From a virus (lineage: Duplodnaviria; Caudoviricetes), in the IMG/VR virus record IMGVR_UViG_3300010966_000053, positions 1-26,794 of that record: DNA of 26,794 nucleotides; one strand, given 5' to 3'. Below the pieces are notes generated by a model, which saw only the letters and a list, made by a program, of their open reading frames with translations, made no database searches and was not told where the DNA came from. This document shows, piece by piece, positions 1 to 9,104 of this stretch (within the stretch, counting starts at the first letter, position 1; every line of letters starts with the position of its first letter). The translations under genes and the position numbers were made by a program.

Positions 1-1
1 T

Positions 2-784
2 AAGGTTGCTCAAGAGTTTGGACTTTACCACCCGGAGGTTGTTCCGACACAGACCCAGATGACACAACAGTTCATGGTCAACAACTTCTTCCTTTGCTGG
101 AGCGTTGTCTATAAGCAACTGTTCTCGCTTTCGATGCAGTATCTTCTGCCAGAAGAGATTGAAAGAATCGCAGGTATGCCGATTGATACCAACTTCACGG
201 ACAATCATGGTCAGTTTGACTTCATGGTTAAGTTCGACATCAGAGAGCATGATACGGATTACGTTCTCGAGAAGATGAAGACCCTCAACCAGTTCGTTCT
301 TCCGATGGATTCCGTTGGTGCTATCGACAGAGCAAAGTTGATTAAGGCTATGGCCGAGGCCATCGCTCCGGAAACCGCCAAGGACATTCTTGTTGACCAG
401 AGAACCGCAACCCAGAAGCAATACAAGGAAGTTCAGAATGACCTTGCTCTGATGATGCTTGGACTTGAGGCTCAATACACCGAGAACGACCCGCAAGCGA
501 ATCAGAAGATGCAAGCGATGCAGGATATCATGTCTAAGAACCCGAAGGCTCAACAGGCTTCGCAGGGAGACCCTGTGTTCCAAGCCCTGCTCCAGAACTA
601 TTCCAAGAACCTCCAGATGTCAATTAGCCAGCAACAGAATGCTCAGATTGGCAGAACTGGAGTTTCTCCGGTTGGCAACAAGTTCGCTCAACAGGCGCAA
701 GCCGGTGAGCAGCAAGAACTTATAGAACCGACAGAGATGCAACAGGCCATTAATCCTGTTGGCATGGGTCAGCAACCTCAATAA
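2..784 (+). CDS. Portal protein, C-terminal part (5'-truncated by window edge)
   Basis: The frame is open from base 2 (KVAQEFGLYHPEVVPTQTQM...), so the ATG at 59 is internal. Helical, Gln-rich C-terminal tail. Position upstream of small protein, scaffold and capsid genes is the usual podovirus portal slot. Confidence 0.7.
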   Translation, partial: KVAQEFGLYHPEVVPTQTQMTQQFMVNNFFLCWSVVYKQLFSLSMQYLLPEEIERIAGMPIDTNFTDNHGQFDFMVKFDIREHDTDYVLEKMKTLNQFVLPMDSVGAIDRAKLIKAMAEAIAPETAKDILVDQRTATQKQYKEVQNDLALMMLGLEAQYTENDPQANQKMQAMQDIMSKNPKAQQASQGDPVFQALLQNYSKNLQMSISQQQNAQIGRTGVSPVGNKFAQQAQAGEQQELIEPTEMQQAINPVGMGQQPQ

Positions 785-787
785 TCT

Positions 788-1048
788 ATGACCGAACAAC
801 AGAAGACGGAAATTAAGAACAAGGTTCAACGCTCGCTTGTCTTTCAAGAAAGCGAACTCTGGAACTCCGTTATGTGGATTCTATCTGAAGCAATCAAGAT
901 GGAAAGCGACATGGCTATTAGTCAATCCATTGAGGAGTCGAAGAGAGCACACCAGTCTGGTCGTGCAGACGGATTAGTCTATATCAAAGACCTTTTAGAA
1001 CAGACAAGAGAAGAAGCACTTCGTTTGTCTAACAGAAAAGGTTCTTGA
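788..1048 (+). CDS. Small helical protein between portal and scaffold (head-assembly associated)
   Basis: 86 aa, ATG 3 nt after the portal stop. Helical pattern ending RAHQSGRADGLVYIKDLL resembles the small genes often found between portal and scaffold. Confidence 0.6.
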   Translation: MTEQQKTEIKNKVQRSLVFQESELWNSVMWILSEAIKMESDMAISQSIEESKRAHQSGRADGLVYIKDLLEQTREEALRLSNRKGS

Positions 1049-1072
1049 CAAGTGTTAATCAATGATTAACTT
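1045..1072 (+). promoter_or_regulatory. Sigma70-like promoter with overlapping palindrome upstream of the scaffold gene
   Basis: Perfect TTGACA at 1045-1050, 16-nt spacer, TAACTT at 1067-1072. Perfect inverted repeat GTTAATCA-A-TGATTAAC at 1054-1070. Lies at the largest intergenic gap of the + strand operon. Confidence 0.5.
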
Positions 1073-1108
1073 ACAAATTAAGTTTCTGCGAACTCTAAAC
1101 GCTGACTG

Positions 1109-2113
1109 ATGACTACAACCAATGCCGATAACGGAGAGGCACAAAATCCCGTGGAAAATGCTATCGGAAGCATTCAAAATGAAGAAACCCTTGTAAGCCA
1201 ATTACGAGGCATACTGTTCTCCGACGAACAAGATGAAGGCAATCCCGAGCCTGTTGAACAAGAGGGAGAAGTCCAAACGGAAGACAAGGGTGAACAAGTT
1301 GACGAACTGGGTGACGGCCTAGTTGAAGATACCGAACTCACCCCCACGGCAGAGGATGGCGAAGATGTTCTTTCACAAGTAGAGACGGATGATAATGAAC
1401 AAGAACAGACCGGTGTTCAGAAGCGTATCGACAAACTGACTGCGTTGCGTAAGACTGCTGAAGAGCAAGTTGAAGCGATGCGAACAGAGGTCGAGCAATA
1501 CAAGTCCAAAATTGCAGAGTTTGAGAAGAGCAGCGAAGCGGTGCAGCCTACGGCTGAAAGCCCCTTTGCGGACCTCACTACACACGATGCTATCAAGGGC
1601 GAGTATGAACAGGCGAGACAAATCAGATATAAGTGCGAAGCGAACCCAGAAGGTTTCCAAATTGGAGAAACATACTTTGACTCTGAACAAGTCAGAAATA
1701 TGAAACTCAATGCCATGCAAGCGATGGAGGTCCACCTCCCCAAGCAATTGGAGTTTGTCAAGGCAAGAGAACAATGGAAGCCTGTTGCAGTCGAATCGTA
1801 TCCTTGGCTTAAAAACAAGGAATCGAGCGAATACAAGTTGGCCCAGCAAGTGTTGAAGACGTTCCCGCAGTTTAAGCGTTTCCCGGATTTTGAATTGTTC
1901 ATTGGCGACTATGTTCGTGGCTATACAGCCAGAACCAGTCAAATCGGCAAGAAGGGTGTTGCTATCAAGCAGTCCCCGCAACTTGCGGTTAAGCCTACCT
2001 CTACACAGACACAATCAAGCAGAAATGATGCCTCTGCGAGAAGTGTTGAATCCAGATTTGCAAAGACTGGAAGCCGTGAAGACCTGAAGCGAGTGGTGTC
2101 AAAATACCTCTAA
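1109..2113 (+). CDS. Capsid scaffolding protein
   Basis: Very acidic low-complexity N-terminus, coiled coil starting GVQKRIDKLTALRK, basic C-terminal helix (KTGSREDLKRVVSKYL), directly upstream of the major capsid gene. Confidence 0.85.
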   Translation: MTTTNADNGEAQNPVENAIGSIQNEETLVSQLRGILFSDEQDEGNPEPVEQEGEVQTEDKGEQVDELGDGLVEDTELTPTAEDGEDVLSQVETDDNEQEQTGVQKRIDKLTALRKTAEEQVEAMRTEVEQYKSKIAEFEKSSEAVQPTAESPFADLTTHDAIKGEYEQARQIRYKCEANPEGFQIGETYFDSEQVRNMKLNAMQAMEVHLPKQLEFVKAREQWKPVAVESYPWLKNKESSEYKLAQQVLKTFPQFKRFPDFELFIGDYVRGYTARTSQIGKKGVAIKQSPQLAVKPTSTQTQSSRNDASARSVESRFAKTGSREDLKRVVSKYL

Positions 2114-2142
2114 TACCCCCTAACCCCTAAATATCCACTACT

Positions 2143-3213
2143 ATGGCTATGCTCACAGAACGCAGTCTTTCCGCCGCCAACAAACTTGGTCGCCGTGAAG
2201 AAATTGCTAACCTTATCTCCCTCGTTGATGCGAAGGACACCCCCTTTACCTCTATGGCGAAGAAGGGTTCCCAGCCCCAACAAACCCTGTTCCGCTGGCA
2301 GGTTGACTCTCTCCCCGAACCGAAGACAGATGGTGTTGTCGATGGCACGGATGTGACCAACGCTGACTTCGAGAACTTCGTCAAGACTGACACCAAGCAG
2401 TATCGTAACGAACTCGCCGCTTTCATCCAGATTTTCCGCAGACAGACCAGAGTTTCCAAACTCACCCAGTCTTCTGTTACGAACATCGCTGGTGTGAAGG
2501 ATGAACTCGCCAACAATGTCGCCAAGGCTATTACGATGCTGAAGCGTGACATGGAAAAGACCTTCTGCTCGGATAACGAGTCTCAGGCCGAAAAGACTGT
2601 CGGTGGCACCGTTGTCCCTTACAAGACCCGTGGTCTGGATAAGTGGATTGTCAAGGCTGCCGATAAGGACACAAACGAAAACGCCACAATCGTTCCGGAT
2701 GAGTTCTGCGTTCCCTACGACGCTGTTGACCCGACCAACTCCTCGATTGCCGAAGGTGCTCTGGCTGACCTCTCCGAGACTCAGATTCAGAACGTCCTTA
2801 CGTCCATCTACAAGCAGACTGGTCAGTTCAGAACCTATGACCTCCTTGGCGGTCCCCTGCTGAAGAGAGCGTTCACGAACCTCGTCTATACCACGAAGGA
2901 ATCGGCCGCTACCGGTCCCCTCGAGTCCCAGAGAACGAATAACAGAGACGCTTCGTCTTCGTCCTACACCTCCTCGATTGACCTCTTCGAGGGCGATTTC
3001 GGTGGTCTGAGACTGCATCCGTCCCTGTTCCTCAAGAACCATAAGGTCGGTTACATCATTCCGTTTGACATGGTGGAAGTTCGCTACGGTGGCAATGTTG
3101 CCGAAGTGACCAACCTCCCCGATAACGGTGGTGGCCCTGCTCGCCTCATCGAAGCCGTCGCTGGCCTCGTTGTCCACAACCCGCTTGCCTTCGGTAAGTT
3201 GGACCTCTCGTAA
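2143..3213 (+). CDS. Major capsid protein (SU10-like / DUF5309 family, HK97 fold)
   Basis: 356 aa with motifs typical of this family: GRREEIANLISLVDAKDTPFTSM, FRWQVDSL, QIFRR...VS, LKRDME, TRGLDKWI, FEGDFG, C-terminal GLVVHNPLAFG. Strong C/T-ending codon bias suggests high expression. Confidence 0.92.
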   Translation: MAMLTERSLSAANKLGRREEIANLISLVDAKDTPFTSMAKKGSQPQQTLFRWQVDSLPEPKTDGVVDGTDVTNADFENFVKTDTKQYRNELAAFIQIFRRQTRVSKLTQSSVTNIAGVKDELANNVAKAITMLKRDMEKTFCSDNESQAEKTVGGTVVPYKTRGLDKWIVKAADKDTNENATIVPDEFCVPYDAVDPTNSSIAEGALADLSETQIQNVLTSIYKQTGQFRTYDLLGGPLLKRAFTNLVYTTKESAATGPLESQRTNNRDASSSSYTSSIDLFEGDFGGLRLHPSLFLKNHKVGYIIPFDMVEVRYGGNVAEVTNLPDNGGGPARLIEAVAGLVVHNPLAFGKLDLS

Positions 3214-3218
3214 GCGAG

Positions 3219-3590
3219 GTGTCGGACTTTATCCAAAGTCTGGCTGACGTGATTCCCTCCAATCTCCGCAAGGAGGTTGAGAGGGAACTTCGTTTCGGTT
3301 GGAATCAACAAGAAATCAAAGCAAAGGCTGACGCTAAACAGACAGCCATCTATGGTCATGCAAATGCTGCAAAGGCAATTGAAGGCGTAGGCCAACTAAA
3401 AGCAAGAATCCCTGTTAGTGCGTTCCACTATTGGGGTCATCGACTCGGCTATGAGTGCTGGGAAGATAAGCAATTCGTCAACGAGTTCATTAGGGACAAC
3501 CCAGAGGTAGCCGTCCGTAATCGAATGAAAAGAACAATGGTTAATGGTGCCGCTGGCATCTTTGACTCCTCTGGAACCCTTATCAAATGA
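3219..3590 (+). CDS. Conserved-type phage protein downstream of the capsid gene, function unknown
   Basis: 123 aa, GTG start 5 nt after the capsid stop. Motif ARIPVSAFHYW...WEDKQFVNEFIRDNPE resembles small proteins following this capsid family. Stop overlaps next start (ATGA). Confidence 0.65.
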   Translation: MSDFIQSLADVIPSNLRKEVERELRFGWNQQEIKAKADAKQTAIYGHANAAKAIEGVGQLKARIPVSAFHYWGHRLGYECWEDKQFVNEFIRDNPEVAVRNRMKRTMVNGAAGIFDSSGTLIK

Positions 3591-4435
3591 GAACCATTGA
3601 CTTCGAGACTATTCTCGCTCAATCACTTCAGATTGCCGGCCTTGACAGAGAGAATCTGACAGCCCAGTCATTTAGGCAGATTAGAGACTTTGCCAACTTC
3701 AGACTCAAGTTTGCTTGGGAGTATGATGTCTGGCCGGACCTCGTTCGCACCACCCTATTCCCTGTTACCAAGAGTGGAGCCATCTACTCGGTTAACATAC
3801 CCTCTAATGGGGTCGTAGTTAACTCACAGGGCACGTTTAAGGTCGATGTGGGCGATATCATGCAAGTTACTGGTGAAGACCCCAGAACGACTGGAAGAGT
3901 CAAGGAAATCGGCTTCTCGACAGACGAGCAGGATGTGCTTGTGTCTGGCGACGTCTATACGACGTCCAGACGACTTATAATTGACAATGCTAACTATTCT
4001 GAAGTCTATTTGACATACAGAATCAACTGTCCAGAACTTATTGGCGAACTCTGGACTGAACAGACATATTACCCCGGACAGGTGGCATATTGGGCATATC
4101 AAAACCTTAAATACTTTGCACCTACAAGCGGAGCGTCTGCTGGAAGCAAGAAAGGCAACTTCTGGAAGTGCATAGTTGAAGGCAATACCGTGCCGAACCT
4201 TGGCAACCTAAACAACCCTACTGCCGGAGACAAATGGGAAAAGGTAAAGATTCCCGCAATCTTCGGTCAATACATCATCAAGGGCATTCATAGTGATTGG
4301 CTTAAGTCTGAAATGCAGATTGAATTCGGCATGAATGCAGACAAGGAGGCCAATGCTTTGCTTGACTTGGAGATTCAAAAGTGTATTGTCCAGCAAGGTA
4401 TTCAGCCCAGAATGAAATTTAACAAAATATACTAA
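3587..4435 (+). CDS. Head-tail adaptor / tail tubular protein A-like
   Basis: N-terminal helices (ETILAQSLQIAG; FANFRLKFAWEYDVWP), beta-rich middle, C-terminal IPAIFGQYIIKG...A helices as in podovirus adaptor proteins; synteny. Confidence 0.7.
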   Translation: MRTIDFETILAQSLQIAGLDRENLTAQSFRQIRDFANFRLKFAWEYDVWPDLVRTTLFPVTKSGAIYSVNIPSNGVVVNSQGTFKVDVGDIMQVTGEDPRTTGRVKEIGFSTDEQDVLVSGDVYTTSRRLIIDNANYSEVYLTYRINCPELIGELWTEQTYYPGQVAYWAYQNLKYFAPTSGASAGSKKGNFWKCIVEGNTVPNLGNLNNPTAGDKWEKVKIPAIFGQYIIKGIHSDWLKSEMQIEFGMNADKEANALLDLEIQKCIVQQGIQPRMKFNKIY

Positions 4436-4437
4436 TT

Positions 4438-4740
4438 ATGTCTCACATTAAGATTTCCTCCCCCTTCTTTTCCAAACTTACGCACGAAGAAACCACAATC
4501 GGCACCGCTGTTTCTACCGTTATTTCTGCTGTAAATCCTGGCGAAAAGCGTATCCTGCTTGTCATTCAAAATAAGTCGACTGACGTTATCACGGCTATCC
4601 TTAGTTCTGATGTTACCGTTACGGTCGGAATTGACATTCAACCTAATCAGTTGATTTCCTTTGACAATTACAACGGCACCCTTCGTTGTAAGTCTGCCGG
4701 TTCTTCCAGCCTTGTTCATGTAGCCTTTGCTAATGTTTAA
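4438..4740 (+). CDS. Small beta-rich virion protein (decoration or spike-base-like)
   Basis: 100 aa, alternating beta pattern with RILLVIQNKS...GIDIQPNQ motif; lies in the structural operon. Confidence 0.55.
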   Translation: MSHIKISSPFFSKLTHEETTIGTAVSTVISAVNPGEKRILLVIQNKSTDVITAILSSDVTVTVGIDIQPNQLISFDNYNGTLRCKSAGSSSLVHVAFANV

Positions 4741-5986
4741 TAGGCTCAGAAAGTTAAATGGTATTGGCAGAGCATTCTTTGATAGTCTGAGTTTTGCTGG
4801 GCAGCCGCCAGTCGTTAACCCTCCTTATGGAACGGTTCTTTCGACTGCTTGCGGTAGCGAAGTTGGACAAGGGCAACCAGACAACTACTACGACGCTCTT
4901 GGCAATCCTTGGAATGGAATGTTCAAGAAATATAACCTCATTGCAGATGGCAATGGTGGTTCTATGTGGGTTGGAGTTTCCGATAACGCAAATCCGTGCT
5001 ACTATCCGTATGGATATGTAACTTCCGGAGTTTTCGATGGTGCTGCCAGTCTGAGTTGGAACTATGGAGGTGTTTCTGGAACCTATGTCTGGGGAGTTAC
5101 TTGGGATTATTACTATTCCGACGGTGCTGGCGGGGAAGTTCATACGGCAGGTGTTATTGAAAACAACCCGCAAGGTTGGAACATTAGCGGAGAAAACAAT
5201 TGGGCTGAAGGCTACATGGCCTATGTGTCAGTAGGACAATCTGCCTTCTGGTATAACTATGGTTACTACCTTGGTGACCATTTTTACAGCAACGATTATA
5301 CTACAGACTGCTGGACCGTATCTATTGGTGGATATACTAATTATATCTATGCAGACGGTTACGGCGGAACCTTTGAATCTTTTGCCGGCGGTGGATGGAA
5401 TTCATCTGGAATAATTGGATACTGCAACGACTACGAATACTATCACGATGGAAATGGGAACGTAACTTCTAATTACGTTGGCGGAGGCGGAGGCGGAGGT
5501 TCTAGTTATCCTTCTTATGGAACATACCTAGACGGAAGCAGCAGCCCTATTACGACCAACATTTCGTATGATGGATATGTAGATGGAAATTATCAAAGCA
5601 ATAATACTGATATTTCAATCGGATACTCTTATAGCAATAACTACGCAGACGGCAATGGAGGTTCGTATAACGAGTCTGGAAGTTATTACGATTATGCTGA
5701 CGGCTCGGACATCTTTACTGCTCCGTATGGAACCGAACTAAAGACTAACTGGGATTACAATGGTCCTGACGGTTCTTACAATGGAACTTTCAAGTGGGCT
5801 GACGAAGTTGGAGTTTGGAAGATTAACCAAGGCTCTACCTACATGGATAGACTTTACGTCGCACCGCTTGTTAGCGATGGTCATGTCATCTGGGAAAGTC
5901 CGGGTTGGGCTGGAGAAGGTGGCCAGTATAAGACTCAAATTATCCTTCAAAACGGTGCTTGGTTTAGCACCACAATCACATTCTAA
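4733..5986 (+). CDS. Tyr/Gly/Asn-rich repeat protein, probable surface or receptor-binding protein
   Basis: ATG at 4733 overlapping the previous stop is preferred over TTG 4727. Repeated (A/S/H)DGxG(G) and PxYGTxL-like motifs, Gly7 linker at 5480-5500. Confidence 0.6.
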   Translation: MFNRLRKLNGIGRAFFDSLSFAGQPPVVNPPYGTVLSTACGSEVGQGQPDNYYDALGNPWNGMFKKYNLIADGNGGSMWVGVSDNANPCYYPYGYVTSGVFDGAASLSWNYGGVSGTYVWGVTWDYYYSDGAGGEVHTAGVIENNPQGWNISGENNWAEGYMAYVSVGQSAFWYNYGYYLGDHFYSNDYTTDCWTVSIGGYTNYIYADGYGGTFESFAGGGWNSSGIIGYCNDYEYYHDGNGNVTSNYVGGGGGGGSSYPSYGTYLDGSSSPITTNISYDGYVDGNYQSNNTDISIGYSYSNNYADGNGGSYNESGSYYDYADGSDIFTAPYGTELKTNWDYNGPDGSYNGTFKWADEVGVWKINQGSTYMDRLYVAPLVSDGHVIWESPGWAGEGGQYKTQIILQNGAWFSTTITF

Positions 5987-5988
5987 CT

Positions 5989-6183
5989 ATGGCTAAAATT
6001 GACATCCCCAAGGGCTGGACTGCTTTCTTCCAACCTACTACAAAGAAGGTTCTTGGACTCACAGAGTTTAAGAATGGCGGTAAGGCTGATACGGCACTTA
6101 CACTTATCAATAAGAATACCAAGGAAGAAGTTCTTGCTGAAATCAAGAAACTGAACCTTAATTACACCGAACCTACCAAGTAA
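5989..6183 (+). CDS. Hypothetical protein, 64 aa
   Basis: ATG 2 nt after the previous stop; codon usage matches neighbours. Confidence 0.65.
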   Translation: MAKIDIPKGWTAFFQPTTKKVLGLTEFKNGGKADTALTLINKNTKEEVLAEIKKLNLNYTEPTK

Positions 6184-6184
6184 T

Positions 6185-6310
6185 ATGATTATCGCATTTA
6201 TCTCTTTTATTGTCGGATTTTCTGGCGGCCTTTGGGTCGGTCTGAAGAACGGCAAGTCCTCAAAGGTTGAAAAGGCCAAAAGCCTTCTTGACGAAATTAC
6301 AGGAAAGTAA
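6185..6310 (+). CDS. Small single-pass membrane protein, 41 aa (not in the ORF track)
   Basis: Translates as MIIAFISFIVGFSGGLWVGLKNGKSSKVEKAKSLLDEITGK*. Fills the gap exactly: starts 1 nt after the upstream stop, and its TAA overlaps the next ATG (TAATG). Confidence 0.75.
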   Translation: MIIAFISFIVGFSGGLWVGLKNGKSSKVEKAKSLLDEITGK

Positions 6311-7908
6311 TGGCTCAACAGGCACAGGGTAAAACTGGAGAACTTTCGGACGGGGACCAAGGATTCACTGGTTTCAATTCGAGAGACAATCCGACTGTGC
6401 TTAGTCCTGGGACTCTTTCTCTGAGCCAGAACTTCAGACTTAATAGAGGCATTGCTACGGCTAGAAAGGGGCTTAAAAAACTCCTTAACGTCAATACCTC
6501 TACTTATGGTATCCGTCATGTCGCTGCTTTTAGAAAGTCTGACGGAACTGACATAATAGTCCTAATTTGCAGGCTTGGACTTTACGTTTTTACTCCAAAT
6601 ACTGGTGCAATTACCGGACCTGTTCTATATAACTCCTATGGGACGATAGAGGACACCGACAAGGTTGACGCATTTCAAGCACTTGGTAAACTTATAATCC
6701 TCAGAGGCTTTAACAAGAAGCCACTTATCTGGGATGGCAATTCTACTATTACGGACGCTGGAACTACATCAAAGTTTATGCCTAACTCCGAACAGGGCAT
6801 ATATGTCAATAATAGGGCAATAGTTCAAAGTTCTTCTGATGAACTGTCCGTCTCTCACTATCTGAATATTGATAAGTTTGAGTTAATGGATGTGTTTAAG
6901 ATTAACGACGGCTCCAATGATTCAATCACGGCTATTGCCCCTTGGGTTCTTAACGAATGGGTCGTATTCATGCGTAACCGCATCTATTACGCATCTGTCG
7001 GTGCTGGTGCGTATAACGCTGGAGACCTTCCTGTTGCCGGAGATTCTTATGTCAAGGTTCTCGCTACTGACATGGGTTGCGTTGCAAAAAGAAGCATCAC
7101 ACAGGCTGGCGGTGGAATGATGTTCCTGTCTGACTCTGGAGTGTATGCTTTCACCCCTCAGCAAGCCACTACGCCCGAAGGTATGCGTGCTGGCGTAATC
7201 GGAGAGCCTCTTTCTGCACCGATTGAGGATATCATATACCGCATCAATCAGAACCATGTAAGCAAGGCTTGTTCTGCCTATTACAATAATAGATACTATC
7301 TTGCCGTTCCGCTTGATGGTTCTACTGTCAATAACGTAGTTCTTGTATTCAACTTTGTTAATAAGCAATGGGAATCTATTGACACATTCCCTCCAGGGAT
7401 TGACATTCAGTCCATGTTCACCGCAAACTATGACGGAAAGAAGCGACTGTTCTTTACCGACAAGGACTACGGTATTTATCTTGCCGAAGAACTGCAAGAG
7501 GGGGACAACTTCAACCATTCGACCATTAATAACGTGTTGCCGGTGATTCTCAGATTCTTCCTCAGAGATGAAATCAGATGGAGCATCTATCCTATTGATA
7601 GCAAGATTCATACACGCTCTTACAATTTTGGAATGAGTGAGGATAAGCGTTATTCGCAGGTTGAACTCGATATGAGACTGCCTTTGGCTACCTATACGAA
7701 GACCTCGTATATTGCTCAAAACCCAGACATTGAGGTTCAAATAGACGAGTTTGGTGCTCCCGATAACTATGCCAGCGTAAGAGACTTGCCAATTCGCAAA
7801 ATTGCGTCATCTTGTATAATCAAAGTTCAGTCCTTTAATGGTGAGGCCAATATTAGGTCTCTAGCCATTACTGCGATGAGAACAGGAACAAACATCCGTT
7901 CATCCTAA
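6310..7908 (+). CDS. Tail nozzle / tail tubular protein B-like (P22 gp10-type beta-propeller)
   Basis: 532 aa, beta-rich. Motifs FTGFNSRDNP, SQNFR...RKG, DMGCVAKRSI...MMFLSDSGVY, PLSAPIE, YYNNRYYLAVP...NNVVLVFNFVNKQW are characteristic of podovirus nozzle proteins. Confidence 0.8.
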   Translation: MAQQAQGKTGELSDGDQGFTGFNSRDNPTVLSPGTLSLSQNFRLNRGIATARKGLKKLLNVNTSTYGIRHVAAFRKSDGTDIIVLICRLGLYVFTPNTGAITGPVLYNSYGTIEDTDKVDAFQALGKLIILRGFNKKPLIWDGNSTITDAGTTSKFMPNSEQGIYVNNRAIVQSSSDELSVSHYLNIDKFELMDVFKINDGSNDSITAIAPWVLNEWVVFMRNRIYYASVGAGAYNAGDLPVAGDSYVKVLATDMGCVAKRSITQAGGGMMFLSDSGVYAFTPQQATTPEGMRAGVIGEPLSAPIEDIIYRINQNHVSKACSAYYNNRYYLAVPLDGSTVNNVVLVFNFVNKQWESIDTFPPGIDIQSMFTANYDGKKRLFFTDKDYGIYLAEELQEGDNFNHSTINNVLPVILRFFLRDEIRWSIYPIDSKIHTRSYNFGMSEDKRYSQVELDMRLPLATYTKTSYIAQNPDIEVQIDEFGAPDNYASVRDLPIRKIASSCIIKVQSFNGEANIRSLAITAMRTGTNIRSS

Positions 7909-7909
7909 T

Positions 7910-9100
7910 ATGCCTTCTCAAATCTCACCCCCTATCGAATATTTTGACGGAGACCCTATCAATGCGGAAGCGTTCAATGGTCATGTCAAAAATGCCACAC
8001 TTCAGAACGGCTCTATTACAGAGCAGACTGCTATTACTGACTCCGTTATTCCTACGATTGACAGACTTGATAGCCTTGTTGTCTATGACGAATCTGAAGT
8101 TACTACGAATAAACTGAGAAAGGTGCAGGTTGAAAGTCTGTTTAGTTCTGGGGCTCCGGTAGTTGCCGATTACATTGAGACATCCGTAATTAACGCAGAG
8201 GCTGAATCTGACATTGATGTAACTCCCTATGTCGGCATCCTTGTTTCCGGTAAGAATTACTTCTCTTTAGACGGACTCACAGTAACAGTTACATCTACTG
8301 AACACGGATTTGAGTCTGGAACGCTGGTTGAGTTTTATAGTTCTTCTCCTGTTGACCATACTGGAAGGTTCCAGATTACGGTTCTTACTGCTGATACGTT
8401 CAGTTATAACAATGGTAAGACGGTTGCTGCTGCCGCCGGAAGCGGAGTCCTGTCCTACAAGAAGGCTGCTACTGTTAATCTGATTGGCAATCTTATTGTT
8501 AACGACGACTCTAGGGTTGCTGGAGATTCGTTTATTGGTGGAAACCTAAAGGTTGATGGTTCTGCCAGCGTAGGTTCTCTTACAATCGGAGGCAAAACTC
8601 CGCTTACCCAAGAAGACAGTTTCCTTGGAATTAACATAAAGACGGTTACGCTTCCCAATGGAACGGCTTTTGGAACTGTTGACTATCAAACACAATCGTT
8701 TAATGTTCCTCCTGGCGAGACTTGGACTTTTGTTTGGACTGCCATTACTGACCAATATAACTCAACTGGAAATACAAGACCTAACGTTGCCTATACTTGG
8801 AATATCTTAGTTGGAAGCCTTACTGGTTCGCTAGTTGATACTGCTGCTGCCGGGAATCAAGGATACGGAGGAACATCTTCTGTGTCCAGAAGCATTGTTG
8901 TAAGAAATGAAGGAACAACTGGAAATACGCACCAAATCATCTCTCCTACTGTTAATATGACATATGCTGGAACCATGAATCTTACTTGGTCTGCAAAGCC
9001 TCCATACGGATGGAGTAAGTGGGAAAAGGGTCATATTAATCTTATTTTATTCAGACAAAAAACTGCGTCCATTAACTACGGACATCCTCAAGTTCTTTAA
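7910..9100 (+). CDS. Tail fibre / tail spike protein
   Basis: N-terminal anchor-like region, VTVTSTEHGFESGTLVEF...TFSY module (FCCH-like domain common in phage tail proteins), short beta-helix-like run (GNLIVNDDSRVAGDSFIGGNLKVDG), Thr/Gly-rich beta C-terminus. Confidence 0.65.
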   Translation: MPSQISPPIEYFDGDPINAEAFNGHVKNATLQNGSITEQTAITDSVIPTIDRLDSLVVYDESEVTTNKLRKVQVESLFSSGAPVVADYIETSVINAEAESDIDVTPYVGILVSGKNYFSLDGLTVTVTSTEHGFESGTLVEFYSSSPVDHTGRFQITVLTADTFSYNNGKTVAAAAGSGVLSYKKAATVNLIGNLIVNDDSRVAGDSFIGGNLKVDGSASVGSLTIGGKTPLTQEDSFLGINIKTVTLPNGTAFGTVDYQTQSFNVPPGETWTFVWTAITDQYNSTGNTRPNVAYTWNILVGSLTGSLVDTAAAGNQGYGGTSSVSRSIVVRNEGTTGNTHQIISPTVNMTYAGTMNLTWSAKPPYGWSKWEKGHINLILFRQKTASINYGHPQVL

Positions 9101-9104
9101 TTTT

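Noticed and set aside
2117-2130. Tandem CCCCTAA, telomere-like
   Set aside because: Only two copies; better explained as part of a G-free unstructured leader for the capsid gene.
2110-3177. 355-aa antisense ORF over the capsid gene, and similar long antisense ORFs (1373-2014, 9072-10022, 15366-16523, 16821-17849, 17880-19520)
   Set aside because: Shadow frames expected from sense-strand codon bias (few TTA/CTA/TCA codons); translations show no recognisable motifs.
3195-3219. Possible -1 frameshift extending the capsid protein into the downstream ORF
   Set aside because: The -1 frame has a TAA at 3195-3197 and there is no slippery sequence in the short stretch before the capsid stop.
4733-5986. 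Diversity-generating retroelement target (many AAY/TAY codons)
   Set aside because: No reverse transcriptase and no template/variable repeat pair seen in the window; the composition is spread through the gene rather than confined to a C-terminal region.
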